This document shows positions 27,700-36,398 of a stretch of 64,000 nucleotides of DNA, in pieces. Both the position numbers and the translations under genes were made by a program. Source of the stretch: an uncultured Dehalococcoidales bacterium (GTDB lineage Bacteria; Chloroflexota; Dehalococcoidia; Dehalococcoidales; CAZFRL01). The stretch lies in NCBI GenBank assembly GCA_964521325.1, contig CAZFRL010000002.1, positions 4,396 to 68,395 on the forward strand, written 5' to 3'. Below the pieces are notes generated by a model that saw nothing but the letters and a program-made list of their open reading frames with translations, had not been told where the DNA came from and searched no databases. Within the stretch, counting starts at the first letter, position 1. Every line of letters begins with the position of its first letter.

Positions 27700-28467
27700 T
27701 TAATCCAGCATTACCCGCAACTGGCGAATAGTACTGACTGCCTGCCCACGCCAGTGATTATTGGCAAAGATGAAGGTCTTCTCAGCCACACTATTCAGCT
27801 TATGAATCTTAGGCAGCCACTCGCTGAGTTCCTGCGGCATATAGCTATAATCGTACCTCTCATAAGCCTGCTCATGTTGCCACCACTTGGCACTATTACG
27901 CCCATGAAAGCGAATATAGCCTATCTTACTTGTTGCCGCAGCCAGCGGTGGCAGCAGATTGGGTAGCTGTGGTTCATCAACACAGCAAAAGCCTAAATCC
28001 ATGTGCCGAAGCCAAGCAAACACATCACTCCTTAGCCACTGAGCATTACGGAATTCAACCACCACCGGTAGTTCGCCCAACTGTTCCTTAAACCACTTAA
28101 GGTAGTCCCAGTTATGGCGATTAAACCTAAAACTATATGGAAACTGAGCCAGGATACAACTCAGCTTACCAGCAGTGATGATAGGTTCCACCACCTGGCA
28201 AAAAGCCTTAAAAATAGAGGCATTATCTTCACGTTGGTGGGTCATTTCTCGATTCGCTTTAAAACAAAATTGGAAGTCTTCGCCTGTTTTCTCAGCCATA
28301 GCTTTTAAGCTAGACGACTTGGGTAACGCATAAAAGGTTGAGTTTACCTCACAGGTATTAAATTCACGGGAATAGTAGGTAAGCCATTCCCTCTTGGGCA
28401 TGCCTACCGGGTAGAAGTTGCCTACCCAATCATTATAGCTAAAGCCCGAAGTGCCAAGGTATATCAT
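27700..28467 (-). CDS. DUF72 (UPF0759) family protein
   Basis: MIYLGTSGFSYNDW...FYP N-terminus and VEFRN.QW motif. Confidence 0.88.
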   Translation of the reverse strand: MIYLGTSGFSYNDWVGNFYPVGMPKREWLTYYSREFNTCEVNSTFYALPKSSSLKAMAEKTGEDFQFCFKANREMTHQREDNASIFKAFCQVVEPIITAGKLSCILAQFPYSFRFNRHNWDYLKWFKEQLGELPVVVEFRNAQWLRSDVFAWLRHMDLGFCCVDEPQLPNLLPPLAAATSKIGYIRFHGRNSAKWWQHEQAYERYDYSYMPQELSEWLPKIHKLNSVAEKTFIFANNHWRGQAVSTIRQLRVMLD

Positions 28468-28634
28468 ACTTTTAGTGTATCCTATTTACCCAACATAGTC
28501 AACGCTTTTAGGCGGCATAACCAATTGTATTAGAGAAAGATGCTGCTTGGGCTTGTATCACCTTTATCATTCGGCAAGTCTAGAAATCTGGTTGTATTTA
28601 GTCTATAATACGAACCAGCTAAAACTGCCTTACA

Positions 28635-29819
28635 ATGAGGGAAAGCTTGAATATAGAAAAATTAAAGGCTTCAGTCATAGGTGAGATAGATGCTCGCCGC
28701 CACGAGCTTAGCGAGCTGAGCCTAAAAATCCACTCCAACCCCGAGCTAGGTTTCCAGGAGGTCAAGGCAGCTACCTGGCTAACCCGGTATCTGGAGGAAA
28801 ATGGCTTCTCTGTACAACGAGGTATCTGTGAACTGCCGACTGCCTTCAGAGGTAGCTATGGACAAGGGAAACCAGCTATTGCTATTCTAGCTGAGTATGA
28901 TGCCCTGCCTAACCTTGGCCATGCCTGCGGTCATAATCTAATAGCTGCCTGTGCCGTTGGTGCTGCCATAGCCTCTAAGCCAGCCATTAACCAGTTCGGA
29001 GGTAGCATCCTGGCTATCGGTACACCATCTGAGGAGAAAGGCGGGGGCAAGGTAATAATGGCCAAAAAAGGAGCCTTCGACGACCTAGATATAGTCATGA
29101 TGGTGCACCCAGGGGTGCGTAATACCGCTATCACTCAAAGCCTAGCCTGCCAACCTTTAGACGTCGAATTCTTTGGCAAAGCGGCTCATGCCGCCGCTCA
29201 CCCCGAGGCGGGCATCAATGCCCTGGAAGCGATGATAAGCTCCTTCGCTGCCATTAACTCACTCAGACAGCACATCAAGGATAAAGCCCGTATCCATGGC
29301 ATTATTACCGATGGTGGAGAGGCAGCTAATGTTGTCCCGGCCCACAGTGCTGCCAGCTTCCTACTGCGCGCCGAAGACGATGCCTATCTTGACAAACTAA
29401 AACAGAAGGTCATAAACTGCTTTATTGGAGCGGCTACTGCTAGCGGAGCTCAATTAGAATATAGATGGGAAGAGATATATTATGCTCCTCTGCGTAATAA
29501 TATTACCCTAGCCCGCCTATTCTGGCAAAATATGCAATCTTTGGGACGCAGGGGGCAACTCTTTAACAAGAAAAATTCTTTTGGTAGCACTGATATGGGT
29601 AATGTCAGCCAACTGGTACCTAGTATTCAGCCCCTCATAGCCATAGCCCCAGCGAGAGTATCAACCCATTCCCCCCAGTTTGCCTCGGCGGCGGCTTCAG
29701 AAGCAGGTGTCCGTGGTCTTATTGATGCCGCCAAGGCTCTAGCTATGACTGTTTTTGACCTAGTAGCCAATCCTGATATAGTTACCAAGGTCAAAAAGGA
29801 GTTTCGACAAGAAAAATGA
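28635..29819 (+). CDS. M20-family amidohydrolase / metallopeptidase
   Basis: GHACGHN and PSEEKGGGK metal-ligand regions, 394 aa. The stop overlaps the next start as ATGA. Confidence 0.88.
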   Translation: MRESLNIEKLKASVIGEIDARRHELSELSLKIHSNPELGFQEVKAATWLTRYLEENGFSVQRGICELPTAFRGSYGQGKPAIAILAEYDALPNLGHACGHNLIAACAVGAAIASKPAINQFGGSILAIGTPSEEKGGGKVIMAKKGAFDDLDIVMMVHPGVRNTAITQSLACQPLDVEFFGKAAHAAAHPEAGINALEAMISSFAAINSLRQHIKDKARIHGIITDGGEAANVVPAHSAASFLLRAEDDAYLDKLKQKVINCFIGAATASGAQLEYRWEEIYYAPLRNNITLARLFWQNMQSLGRRGQLFNKKNSFGSTDMGNVSQLVPSIQPLIAIAPARVSTHSPQFASAAASEAGVRGLIDAAKALAMTVFDLVANPDIVTKVKKEFRQEK

Positions 29820-30823
29820 TTAAGATAGGCATTCCCAGAGCTCTACTCTACTTTCAATACTACCCTATGTGGAAGACCTTCTTTGAGGAACTGGGGGCAG
29901 AAGTGGTGGTTTCATCACCAACCACTCAGACTATGCTGGCACAAGGCTCGTCTCGGGTAGTGACTGACACCTGTTTGCCGGTAAAGATTTTCTGTGGCCA
30001 TGTTCTTTCCTTGGTAAACGAGTGCGACTATATTTTTATCCCTGCCATCCGCAGCGTGCAAAAAAGGGTTTACAACTGTTCCAAGTTTCTTGGCTTGCCC
30101 GATATGACTAGGGCAGTTATCCCCGAGTCTCCCCCTATCCTAGATACAGATATTGACGTTAACAAAGGAAGGCATCGCTTATATTATGCCATTTATCAAG
30201 TGGGACGGCATTTTACCCGGAATCCATTTAAGGTTAAGCGAGCTGGGCAAGCTGCCTGGCAAGCCCACTTGAACTATCGGCAGCTAATGTCCCATCAGGG
30301 ATTAACCCCACCGCAGGCAATAGGGGAAGTATCAGCAATACCTGAAGCCGAGCCAAAAACGCCCTCCGACAGCCAGGCTTCGGCACAAACCACTATTGCC
30401 CTCATTGGTCACCCTTACCTCCTCTATGATGAACATATAAACCACCGCTTTATCCACCGTCTTGAGCAGGCTCATTGCAAGGTGTTAACTCCGGAGATGG
30501 TCACCACGGAAGAGCTCGAATTGGCTATCGCCAGATTAGTAGGCAGAGCCAGTTGGACATACGAAGATGAAGTAGTCGGCGCTGGTGAGCATTACCTGCA
30601 AAGTGGAGCCGATGGTGTTATTGGTATAATGACCTTTGGTTGTGGTCCTGACTCGTTAATGATGGACATGGTGCGTCGGCAGGCTACCAGGCTGGGGACT
30701 ACTCCTTTTATGAGCCTTACCCTGGAGGAGCACACTGCTGAAGCCGGTGTAATTACTCGGCTGGAAGCCTTCCTTGACATGATACAGAGAAAGAAAAGGA
30801 GACAGGTAGCAGTATGCGTCTAG
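29816..30823 (+). CDS. acyl-CoA dehydratase activase-related protein (DUF2229-like), subunit 1
   Basis: MIKIGIPRALLYFQYYPMWKTFFEELGAEVV..TCLPVKIFCGHV N-terminus, GCGPD motif, RLEAFLDMIQRKKR tail. Confidence 0.75.
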   Translation: MIKIGIPRALLYFQYYPMWKTFFEELGAEVVVSSPTTQTMLAQGSSRVVTDTCLPVKIFCGHVLSLVNECDYIFIPAIRSVQKRVYNCSKFLGLPDMTRAVIPESPPILDTDIDVNKGRHRLYYAIYQVGRHFTRNPFKVKRAGQAAWQAHLNYRQLMSHQGLTPPQAIGEVSAIPEAEPKTPSDSQASAQTTIALIGHPYLLYDEHINHRFIHRLEQAHCKVLTPEMVTTEELELAIARLVGRASWTYEDEVVGAGEHYLQSGADGVIGIMTFGCGPDSLMMDMVRRQATRLGTTPFMSLTLEEHTAEAGVITRLEAFLDMIQRKKRRQVAVCV

Positions 30824-31884
30824 CTTTTCCCCATATGGGTAATATTTATATACCGATAAAGGCCATCTTCAACGGGTCGAGTATTGACGTTGTCTTTCCA
30901 CCGCTCACCAGTCAGCATACCCTCTCCCTGGGCGTCAAATATTCGCCGGAGATGGCTTGCCTTCCCTTCAAACTTACCCTGGGCAACTTGATTGAGGCTT
31001 TAGAGTTAGGGGCTGACACTGTAGTGATGCCCGGGGGAGCTGCTCCCTGCCGCTTCGGCTACTATCACAAGGTTCAGGAGGCAATTCTACGCAAGCTAGG
31101 CTATAACTTCTATATGATAACCCAAGACCGTGGTATAATGAATATGGTGAAACATCTTAGCAATGGAGCTTCCCTGTGGAAAGTAATAACAGCCCTCCGC
31201 TTCGGCTTAGCCAAACTGAAGGCGCTGGACGAACTGGAACAACTGGTACATAAAATAAGAGCTATAGAGAGGGACAAGGGTGAAGCCAGCCGAATCTATA
31301 GAGAATGGACTAGAGCTATCGATAACGCTGCTGATTATCAAGCGCTCAACCAAGCCAAGCGAGAGCATCTACAAAAACTCATGAATTTACCCACTGTGTC
31401 CTCACCCGCCCCGTTAAAGATTGGCGTTACCGGTGAGTTTTTTGTCGTGCTTGACCCTTTTGCGAATATGGACCTAGAAATTGAGCTAGGAAAGCTAGGG
31501 GTTGAGGTAAGACGCTCCATATTCGCCCGAGACTTGGTCAGCTTTAACCCCTTCATCTACGCCTTCGGTTTACGAGAGAAGGACAGAAGCCATAAAGCAG
31601 CCACACCCTATCTTTCCCGCCATGTGGGTGGGGATGGCCGGCAATCGGTAGGAGAGAAGGTATTGCATGCTAGAGATTGGGATGGGCTCATTCACCTTGA
31701 ACCATTCGGTTGCCTGCCTGAAATAACCGCCCGCAATATTATGCCTTCAACAAAAGAGTGGCTCCCAGTACTTAATCTCATCTATGACGAACATACAGGG
31801 AAGGTAGGAATAATAAATCGGCTCGAAGCCTTCCTTGATATGATACAGAGAAAGAAAAGAGGACGAGTAGCAGTATGCGCATAG
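30814..31884 (+). CDS. activase-related / HgdB-BcrC-like Fe-S subunit, paralogue 2
   Basis: ACLPFKL, PCRFGYY and FGCLPEI conserved Cys contexts with an RLEAFLDMIQRKKR tail. About half of its residues are identical to the next gene. Confidence 0.75.
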   Translation: MRLAFPHMGNIYIPIKAIFNGSSIDVVFPPLTSQHTLSLGVKYSPEMACLPFKLTLGNLIEALELGADTVVMPGGAAPCRFGYYHKVQEAILRKLGYNFYMITQDRGIMNMVKHLSNGASLWKVITALRFGLAKLKALDELEQLVHKIRAIERDKGEASRIYREWTRAIDNAADYQALNQAKREHLQKLMNLPTVSSPAPLKIGVTGEFFVVLDPFANMDLEIELGKLGVEVRRSIFARDLVSFNPFIYAFGLREKDRSHKAATPYLSRHVGGDGRQSVGEKVLHARDWDGLIHLEPFGCLPEITARNIMPSTKEWLPVLNLIYDEHTGKVGIINRLEAFLDMIQRKKRGRVAVCA

Positions 31885-32969
31885 GCATGCCCCATACTGG
31901 TAAAGTATATATACCACTTAAGGCTGTATTTCAAAGGCTCAATAGTGAGCTTATAATACCACCAGCTAATAGCCAGCGCAGCCTATCCCTGGGTGTCAAG
32001 CATTCTCCAGAAGGATTGTGTCTCCCATTCAAGCTGACCCTGGGTAATATGATTGAAGCTATTGAGATGGGGGCAGATACCCTGCTTATGGCTGGTGGCT
32101 ATGGCATTTGCCGCCTAGGTTCCTATGCCAAATCCCAGGAACAGATTCTTCATGATTTGGGATATAATGTTGAAATAGTTCAACTAGGGGTTTCAGAACA
32201 CAAGCTGGCTGGCTTACTCAACCTGATTAAGCGCCTGTCAAACAATGCTTCCTGGCCCAAGATTGTATCAGCCTTTTGCTTTGGACTGGCTAAATTACGC
32301 ACCTTGGATAAGATAGAGCGGGTGGTGCAAAAGGTGCGCCCTGTAGAGCGGGTAAAGGGAACAGCCAATAAGCTATACGCCGAAGCGGTTAAAGCCATTG
32401 ATAACGCCGATGATTATAATACCCTGAAGAAGGCACGAACCGACTATCTTGCCCAGCTCAATCAAGTAGATAAGGATACTCAGTATAAGCCATTAATAGT
32501 TGGCGTCAGTGGAGAGATATATGTGGTACTGGAGCCCTTCTCTAATATGGATGTGGAGAGTGAGTTGGGTAAGCTGGGGGTAGAGGTGAGACGAAGAATC
32601 TTCCTTTCTGAGTGGACTAAATTCAGCTTGTTCCTCAACTCATTGGGTATAAATGAGACGGCCAAAATCCATAAGGCAGCTCTACCCTACCTTAAGCGAG
32701 ATGTTGGTGGCGAGGGCTGGGAAACGGTGGGGGAAAAGGTGCTCCACGCTAAAGACTATGATGGCTTAATCCACCTAGCCCCTTTCACCTGTATGCCTGA
32801 AATAGTAGCTGAGAATATCATGCCATCAACTAAGGAGAAACTGCCGGTATTGACCATACTTTGTGATGAGCAAATAACCAAAACAGGCTTGCTAACCAGA
32901 CTGGAAGCATTCGTCGACCTCCTGGAGCGCAGACGACGGGCAGGCAAAAAAATAACTGGCACTGAATAG
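31875..32969 (+). CDS. activase-related / HgdB-BcrC-like Fe-S subunit, paralogue 3
   Basis: LCLPFKL, ICRLGSY, FTCMPEI and RLEAFVDLLERRRR. Collinear with 30814..31884. Confidence 0.75.
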   Translation: MRIGMPHTGKVYIPLKAVFQRLNSELIIPPANSQRSLSLGVKHSPEGLCLPFKLTLGNMIEAIEMGADTLLMAGGYGICRLGSYAKSQEQILHDLGYNVEIVQLGVSEHKLAGLLNLIKRLSNNASWPKIVSAFCFGLAKLRTLDKIERVVQKVRPVERVKGTANKLYAEAVKAIDNADDYNTLKKARTDYLAQLNQVDKDTQYKPLIVGVSGEIYVVLEPFSNMDVESELGKLGVEVRRRIFLSEWTKFSLFLNSLGINETAKIHKAALPYLKRDVGGEGWETVGEKVLHAKDYDGLIHLAPFTCMPEIVAENIMPSTKEKLPVLTILCDEQITKTGLLTRLEAFVDLLERRRRAGKKITGTE

Positions 32970-32975
32970 AGCGAG

Positions 32976-33944
32976 TTGATGGAAGTCTACTTGGGTATTG
33001 ATGTTGGCTCGGTAACTACCAAGTTTGCCGTGTTGGATAAGAACAATGAGCTTATTACCAACAACTACCTGCTAACACAGGGTAAGCCCATTGAGATGGT
33101 ACAGCAAGGAATGAGGCAAATCAAACAGCAACTGCCTAGAGATGTTGAGATTTGTGGTGTGGCTACCACCGGGAGCGCTCGCTACCTGGCTGGGGTTATC
33201 GTTGGTGCTGATTTAGTCAAGAATGAGATTACCAGCCAAGCTGTGGCTGCCCTGTTCCATATCCCTCAAGCGCAAACCATTATTGAAATCGGAGGGCAAG
33301 ATAGCAAGATTATTATTATTAGAGACGGGGTAGTAATTGACTTCGGTATGAATACGGTATGTGCCGCTGGTACCGGTAGCTTTCTTGACCACCAAGCACG
33401 GCGTCTCGATATGAGCATTCAGGAGTTTAGCCAGCGAGCACTGGCTAGTGATAACCCAGTGCGTATTGCCGGGCGATGTACGGTTTTTGCTGAATCAGAC
33501 ATGATTCATAAGGGACAAATGGGGCATCAAATTGAGGACATTCTTTACGGGCTGTGCCAGGCACTAGTCCGTAACTATCTTAATAATGTGGGCATGGGCA
33601 AAGATATTCAACCCCCGATAGTATTCCAGGGCGGGGTTGCCTTTAATCAGGGTATAGTGAAAGCACTTCAAGAAGAACTTGATACTGAAATTATCGTCCC
33701 TCCCCACCATGAGGTCATGGGAGCAATAGGTGCTGCTCTATTGGTGCATGAAGAGGTAGACAGTAATAGCAATAAAACCAAATTTAAGGGATTTAGCATA
33801 AGTGAAGCCAAGTATCATACCTCCTCATTCATATGCCAAGCCTGCCCAAACCAATGTGAAATAGCACAACTTTCTCTTAATGGTCAGATTCTTGCCCGGT
33901 GGGGGGGGCGCTGCGAGCTGTGGGAGAGAAGCCCAAGCAGCTAA
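32976..33944 (+). CDS. BcrAD/BadFG/HgdC-type ATPase (CoA-enzyme activase)
   Basis: GIDVGSVTTKFAV (ASKHA phosphate-1), CAAGTGSF and RCTVFAESD (the cluster-bridging Cys contexts of HgdC-type activases), and a C-terminal CQACPNQC...C. Confidence 0.85.
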   Translation: MMEVYLGIDVGSVTTKFAVLDKNNELITNNYLLTQGKPIEMVQQGMRQIKQQLPRDVEICGVATTGSARYLAGVIVGADLVKNEITSQAVAALFHIPQAQTIIEIGGQDSKIIIIRDGVVIDFGMNTVCAAGTGSFLDHQARRLDMSIQEFSQRALASDNPVRIAGRCTVFAESDMIHKGQMGHQIEDILYGLCQALVRNYLNNVGMGKDIQPPIVFQGGVAFNQGIVKALQEELDTEIIVPPHHEVMGAIGAALLVHEEVDSNSNKTKFKGFSISEAKYHTSSFICQACPNQCEIAQLSLNGQILARWGGRCELWERSPSS

Positions 33945-33993
33945 ATTTTTTAACCAAGGCATTTTGCAAATAATTAGGGAGGAAAGGAATGGA

Positions 33994-34320
33994 ATGACTA
34001 AACCGATTATGGTAGACGACAGTAACTTCGACCAAATTGTACTACAATCGGAGACACCAGTATTGGTGGACTTCTGGGCACCCTGGTGCCGGCCCTGTCT
34101 TATGGCTGCCCCGATACTAGAGGAGCTAGCTAAAGAGTATAACGGCAGAATACACATTGCCAAGATAGATGTTGACCAAAACCCAAAAACTGCCGTCAAA
34201 TATGGCATAATGGCTATCCCTAATCTCATTATCTTCAAAAACGGAGAACCAGTCTCGCAGATAGTTGGCTATAAACCCAAACAAGAGCTAAAAAAGGACT
34301 TGGACGCTGCCCTTGATTAA
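33994..34320 (+). CDS. trxA: thioredoxin with a WCRPC active site
   Basis: VLVDFWAPWCRPC...AKIDVD.NP....YGI..IPNLIIFKNGE. Start moved to ATG 33994 behind GGGAGGAAAGG; the track ORF has a spurious 38-aa extension. Confidence 0.92.
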   Translation: MTKPIMVDDSNFDQIVLQSETPVLVDFWAPWCRPCLMAAPILEELAKEYNGRIHIAKIDVDQNPKTAVKYGIMAIPNLIIFKNGEPVSQIVGYKPKQELKKDLDAALD

Positions 34321-34645
34321 GCCCTGTATTCAAATTACCATTGTTGACGATAGCAAAGGTGAGAAATGCGATGCCCATTGCGGTGCAGACTGGGCCTCGA
34401 CACAGGTCATTGACTTAGCTAGCCAGCGAATTAAAGAAAGGTTTGGCGACAAAACAAAGTTAGAATACCTTGACCTGACTGAATCAATGACTAACCACCA
34501 TGCCTTAGAATTTAAGCAGCAAGTCAAGGCTAAAAATCTATCCTTACCGCTATTAGTTATTAATGGTGAGCTCAGGATTTCGGGACAATTTGATATTCGT
34601 CAGCTATTAGATGCTATCGACGCCGAGCTCGAAATTAAATCATGA
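34313..34645 (+). CDS. thioredoxin-fold protein, YuzD(DUF1462)/ArsD-like
   Basis: CDAHC near the N-terminus and LPLLVINGELRISGQFD. The layout resembles YuzD and ArsD. TTG start overlapping the trxA stop. Confidence 0.5.
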   Translation: MIKPCIQITIVDDSKGEKCDAHCGADWASTQVIDLASQRIKERFGDKTKLEYLDLTESMTNHHALEFKQQVKAKNLSLPLLVINGELRISGQFDIRQLLDAIDAELEIKS

Positions 34646-35559
34646 GCAGCGAATACGAAGTAATTATTATCGGCGGAGGTCCAGCCGGGCTTACCGCCGG
34701 ACTTTATACCTCAAGAGCCAGGCTCAATAGTCTGCTTGTAGAACAGGGGCTCTTTGGCGGTCAAATAGCAAATGCTGAGCAGGTAGAGAACTTCCCCGGC
34801 TTTCCCCAAGGTATTTCTGGCATGGAACTGGGTCAACTGCTGCACCAACAGGCAACAAAATATGGGTTAAAAACCTTAATCGCTGAGGTTACTGACATCA
34901 AGCTCCATGACAGGCAAAAAGTGATAATGACCACCAAAGGTAACTTTCCAGCCAGGGCAGTGATTATAGCTAGTGGCTCAGAACGGCAAAAACTAGGTAT
35001 ACCGGGAGAAGAGGAATTTGCTGGTAAAGGGGTATCCTACTGCGCTACCTGTGATGCTACCTTCTTCAAGAAGCTGCCGGTAGCTGTAGTCGGTGGCAGC
35101 GACGCAGCAATTACCGAAGCCCTACACCTGGCTAAGTTCGCTTCTAAGGTCACAGTAATACATCGTCGCCATCAACTCCGTGCCACCCGTATTCTACAGG
35201 AAAGAGCCTTTGCTGAGCCCAAAATAGAATTCCTGTGGGACACCATAGTCGATGAAATTGAGGGTAAGGATAGAGTTAAAAGACTTAAGCTTCATCAGGT
35301 AAAAACGGAGGAAAAATCTACCCTGGAGCTAGCCGGAATCTTCATATCTGTCGGGTTTAAGCCTAATACCGACTATCTCAAGGGTATATTACCCCTAGAC
35401 ACCGTTGGGAATATTATTACCAATGATAAGATGGAGACCGAAATACCTGGAGTTTTTGCCGCTGGCGATGTACGCTGCGATTCTGCCCGGCAAGCAATAA
35501 CCGCCGCCGGAGATGGTGCTACTGCTGCTATCTATGCCGAAATGTTCATCATTGAATAA
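34642..35559 (+). CDS. trxB: thioredoxin-disulfide reductase (low-Mr type)
   Basis: GGGPAG FAD motif, CATCDA redox centre, GGSDAA NADPH motif, GDV. Confidence 0.94.
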   Translation: MSSEYEVIIIGGGPAGLTAGLYTSRARLNSLLVEQGLFGGQIANAEQVENFPGFPQGISGMELGQLLHQQATKYGLKTLIAEVTDIKLHDRQKVIMTTKGNFPARAVIIASGSERQKLGIPGEEEFAGKGVSYCATCDATFFKKLPVAVVGGSDAAITEALHLAKFASKVTVIHRRHQLRATRILQERAFAEPKIEFLWDTIVDEIEGKDRVKRLKLHQVKTEEKSTLELAGIFISVGFKPNTDYLKGILPLDTVGNIITNDKMETEIPGVFAAGDVRCDSARQAITAAGDGATAAIYAEMFIIE

Positions 35560-35567
35560 GGGAGAGA

Positions 35568-35987
35568 TTATCGGCTCCCCTCTAAGTCACTGGCGCTATT
35601 CTTAGTTACAATAAGTTTAAGCCCATCTTGTCCCACCACAGTAACCTCCTCACCAACCTTTATATTCTTATCTACCGATGTCGCTCGCCAAAGCTCACCT
35701 TTGATTTTGACGAAACCCTCCGGGGCTAACCGATTCACTACCTCACCTTTACTGCCTACCATAACTGTCAGACCGGCTACTGGTTTCCTCCTCAAAGCCC
35801 GGCTTCCAATCCGATAGGCGTAAACATTGTAGGTACACCAGGCTATCATTAAGAGAACAAGACCCCACAGGGGTATGTAAATCCCAAACCGGGGCAAACC
35901 CCAAAGCACAATCGCCACCAGGGCTGCTTCCTCCAGCAAGGTGCTAACAATAGCCAGTATAAATCTGGCCGTCATCTTCTTATCCAT
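35568..35987 (-). CDS. NfeD family membrane protein (short form with OB-fold C-terminus)
   Basis: Two or three TM helices, then G.KGEVV..L.PEGFVKIKGELWRA.S......GEEV.VV. Confidence 0.8.
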   Translation of the reverse strand: MDKKMTARFILAIVSTLLEEAALVAIVLWGLPRFGIYIPLWGLVLLMIAWCTYNVYAYRIGSRALRRKPVAGLTVMVGSKGEVVNRLAPEGFVKIKGELWRATSVDKNIKVGEEVTVVGQDGLKLIVTKNSASDLEGSR

Positions 35988-36038
35988 CGCTCATTTATTA
36001 TAGCAGGACTACTCCTGTTGCCGATACCCAAATAGGGG

Positions 36039-36047
36039 TGCTATAAT
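36039..36047 (+). promoter_or_regulatory. extended -10 element (TGCTATAAT) upstream of gatC
   Basis: TGnTATAAT lies 31 nt before the gatC ATG, with a GAGG RBS between them. Confidence 0.4.
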
Positions 36048-36078
36048 TGGTAAACATAACTATATTTTGAGGTAAATA

Positions 36079-36366
36079 ATGAAGCTAAGCCGTGAAGAAG
36101 TGTTGCATATTGCCCGCCTGGCTCGACTGGGCCTGACTGAAGCCGAGGTGAACAAGTTAAGGGAGCAATTATCCAATCTCCTGGAGAACTTTGAGATTTT
36201 GCAGCAGGTAGACACAAGTAGCACACCGCCAACAGCCCACTCCATTGCCCTCCAGAACATAGTAAAGGACGACGAGGTAGCCCCCTCCCTGCCCCAGGAC
36301 CAGATTCTGGCTAACGCCCCTCGAAGGGATGGGGAATGCTTCAGAGTAAACGCAGTGCTTGAATAA
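36079..36366 (+). CDS. gatC: Asp/Glu-tRNA amidotransferase subunit C
   Basis: [21 protein letters not shown] 95-aa pattern, upstream of gatA. Confidence 0.93.
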   Translation: MKLSREEVLHIARLARLGLTEAEVNKLREQLSNLLENFEILQQVDTSSTPPTAHSIALQNIVKDDEVAPSLPQDQILANAPRRDGECFRVNAVLE

Positions 36367-36398
36367 TACACTCAAACACGGGAAGCCCGGAGGTAAGA

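Noticed and set aside
33880-33993. 38-aa N-terminal extension of thioredoxin in the ORF track, overlapping the activase 3' end
   Set aside because: The extension is Gly/Ala-rich and unlike Trx N-termini. ATG 33994 has a strong GGGAGGAAAGG RBS and gives a normal ~108-aa thioredoxin.
35568-35987. NfeD gene without an adjacent SPFH/stomatin partner
   Set aside because: Short NfeD genes are usually paired with an SPFH gene, and none is nearby. However, the partner may simply be elsewhere in the genome. With one window this is not evidence of anything unusual.
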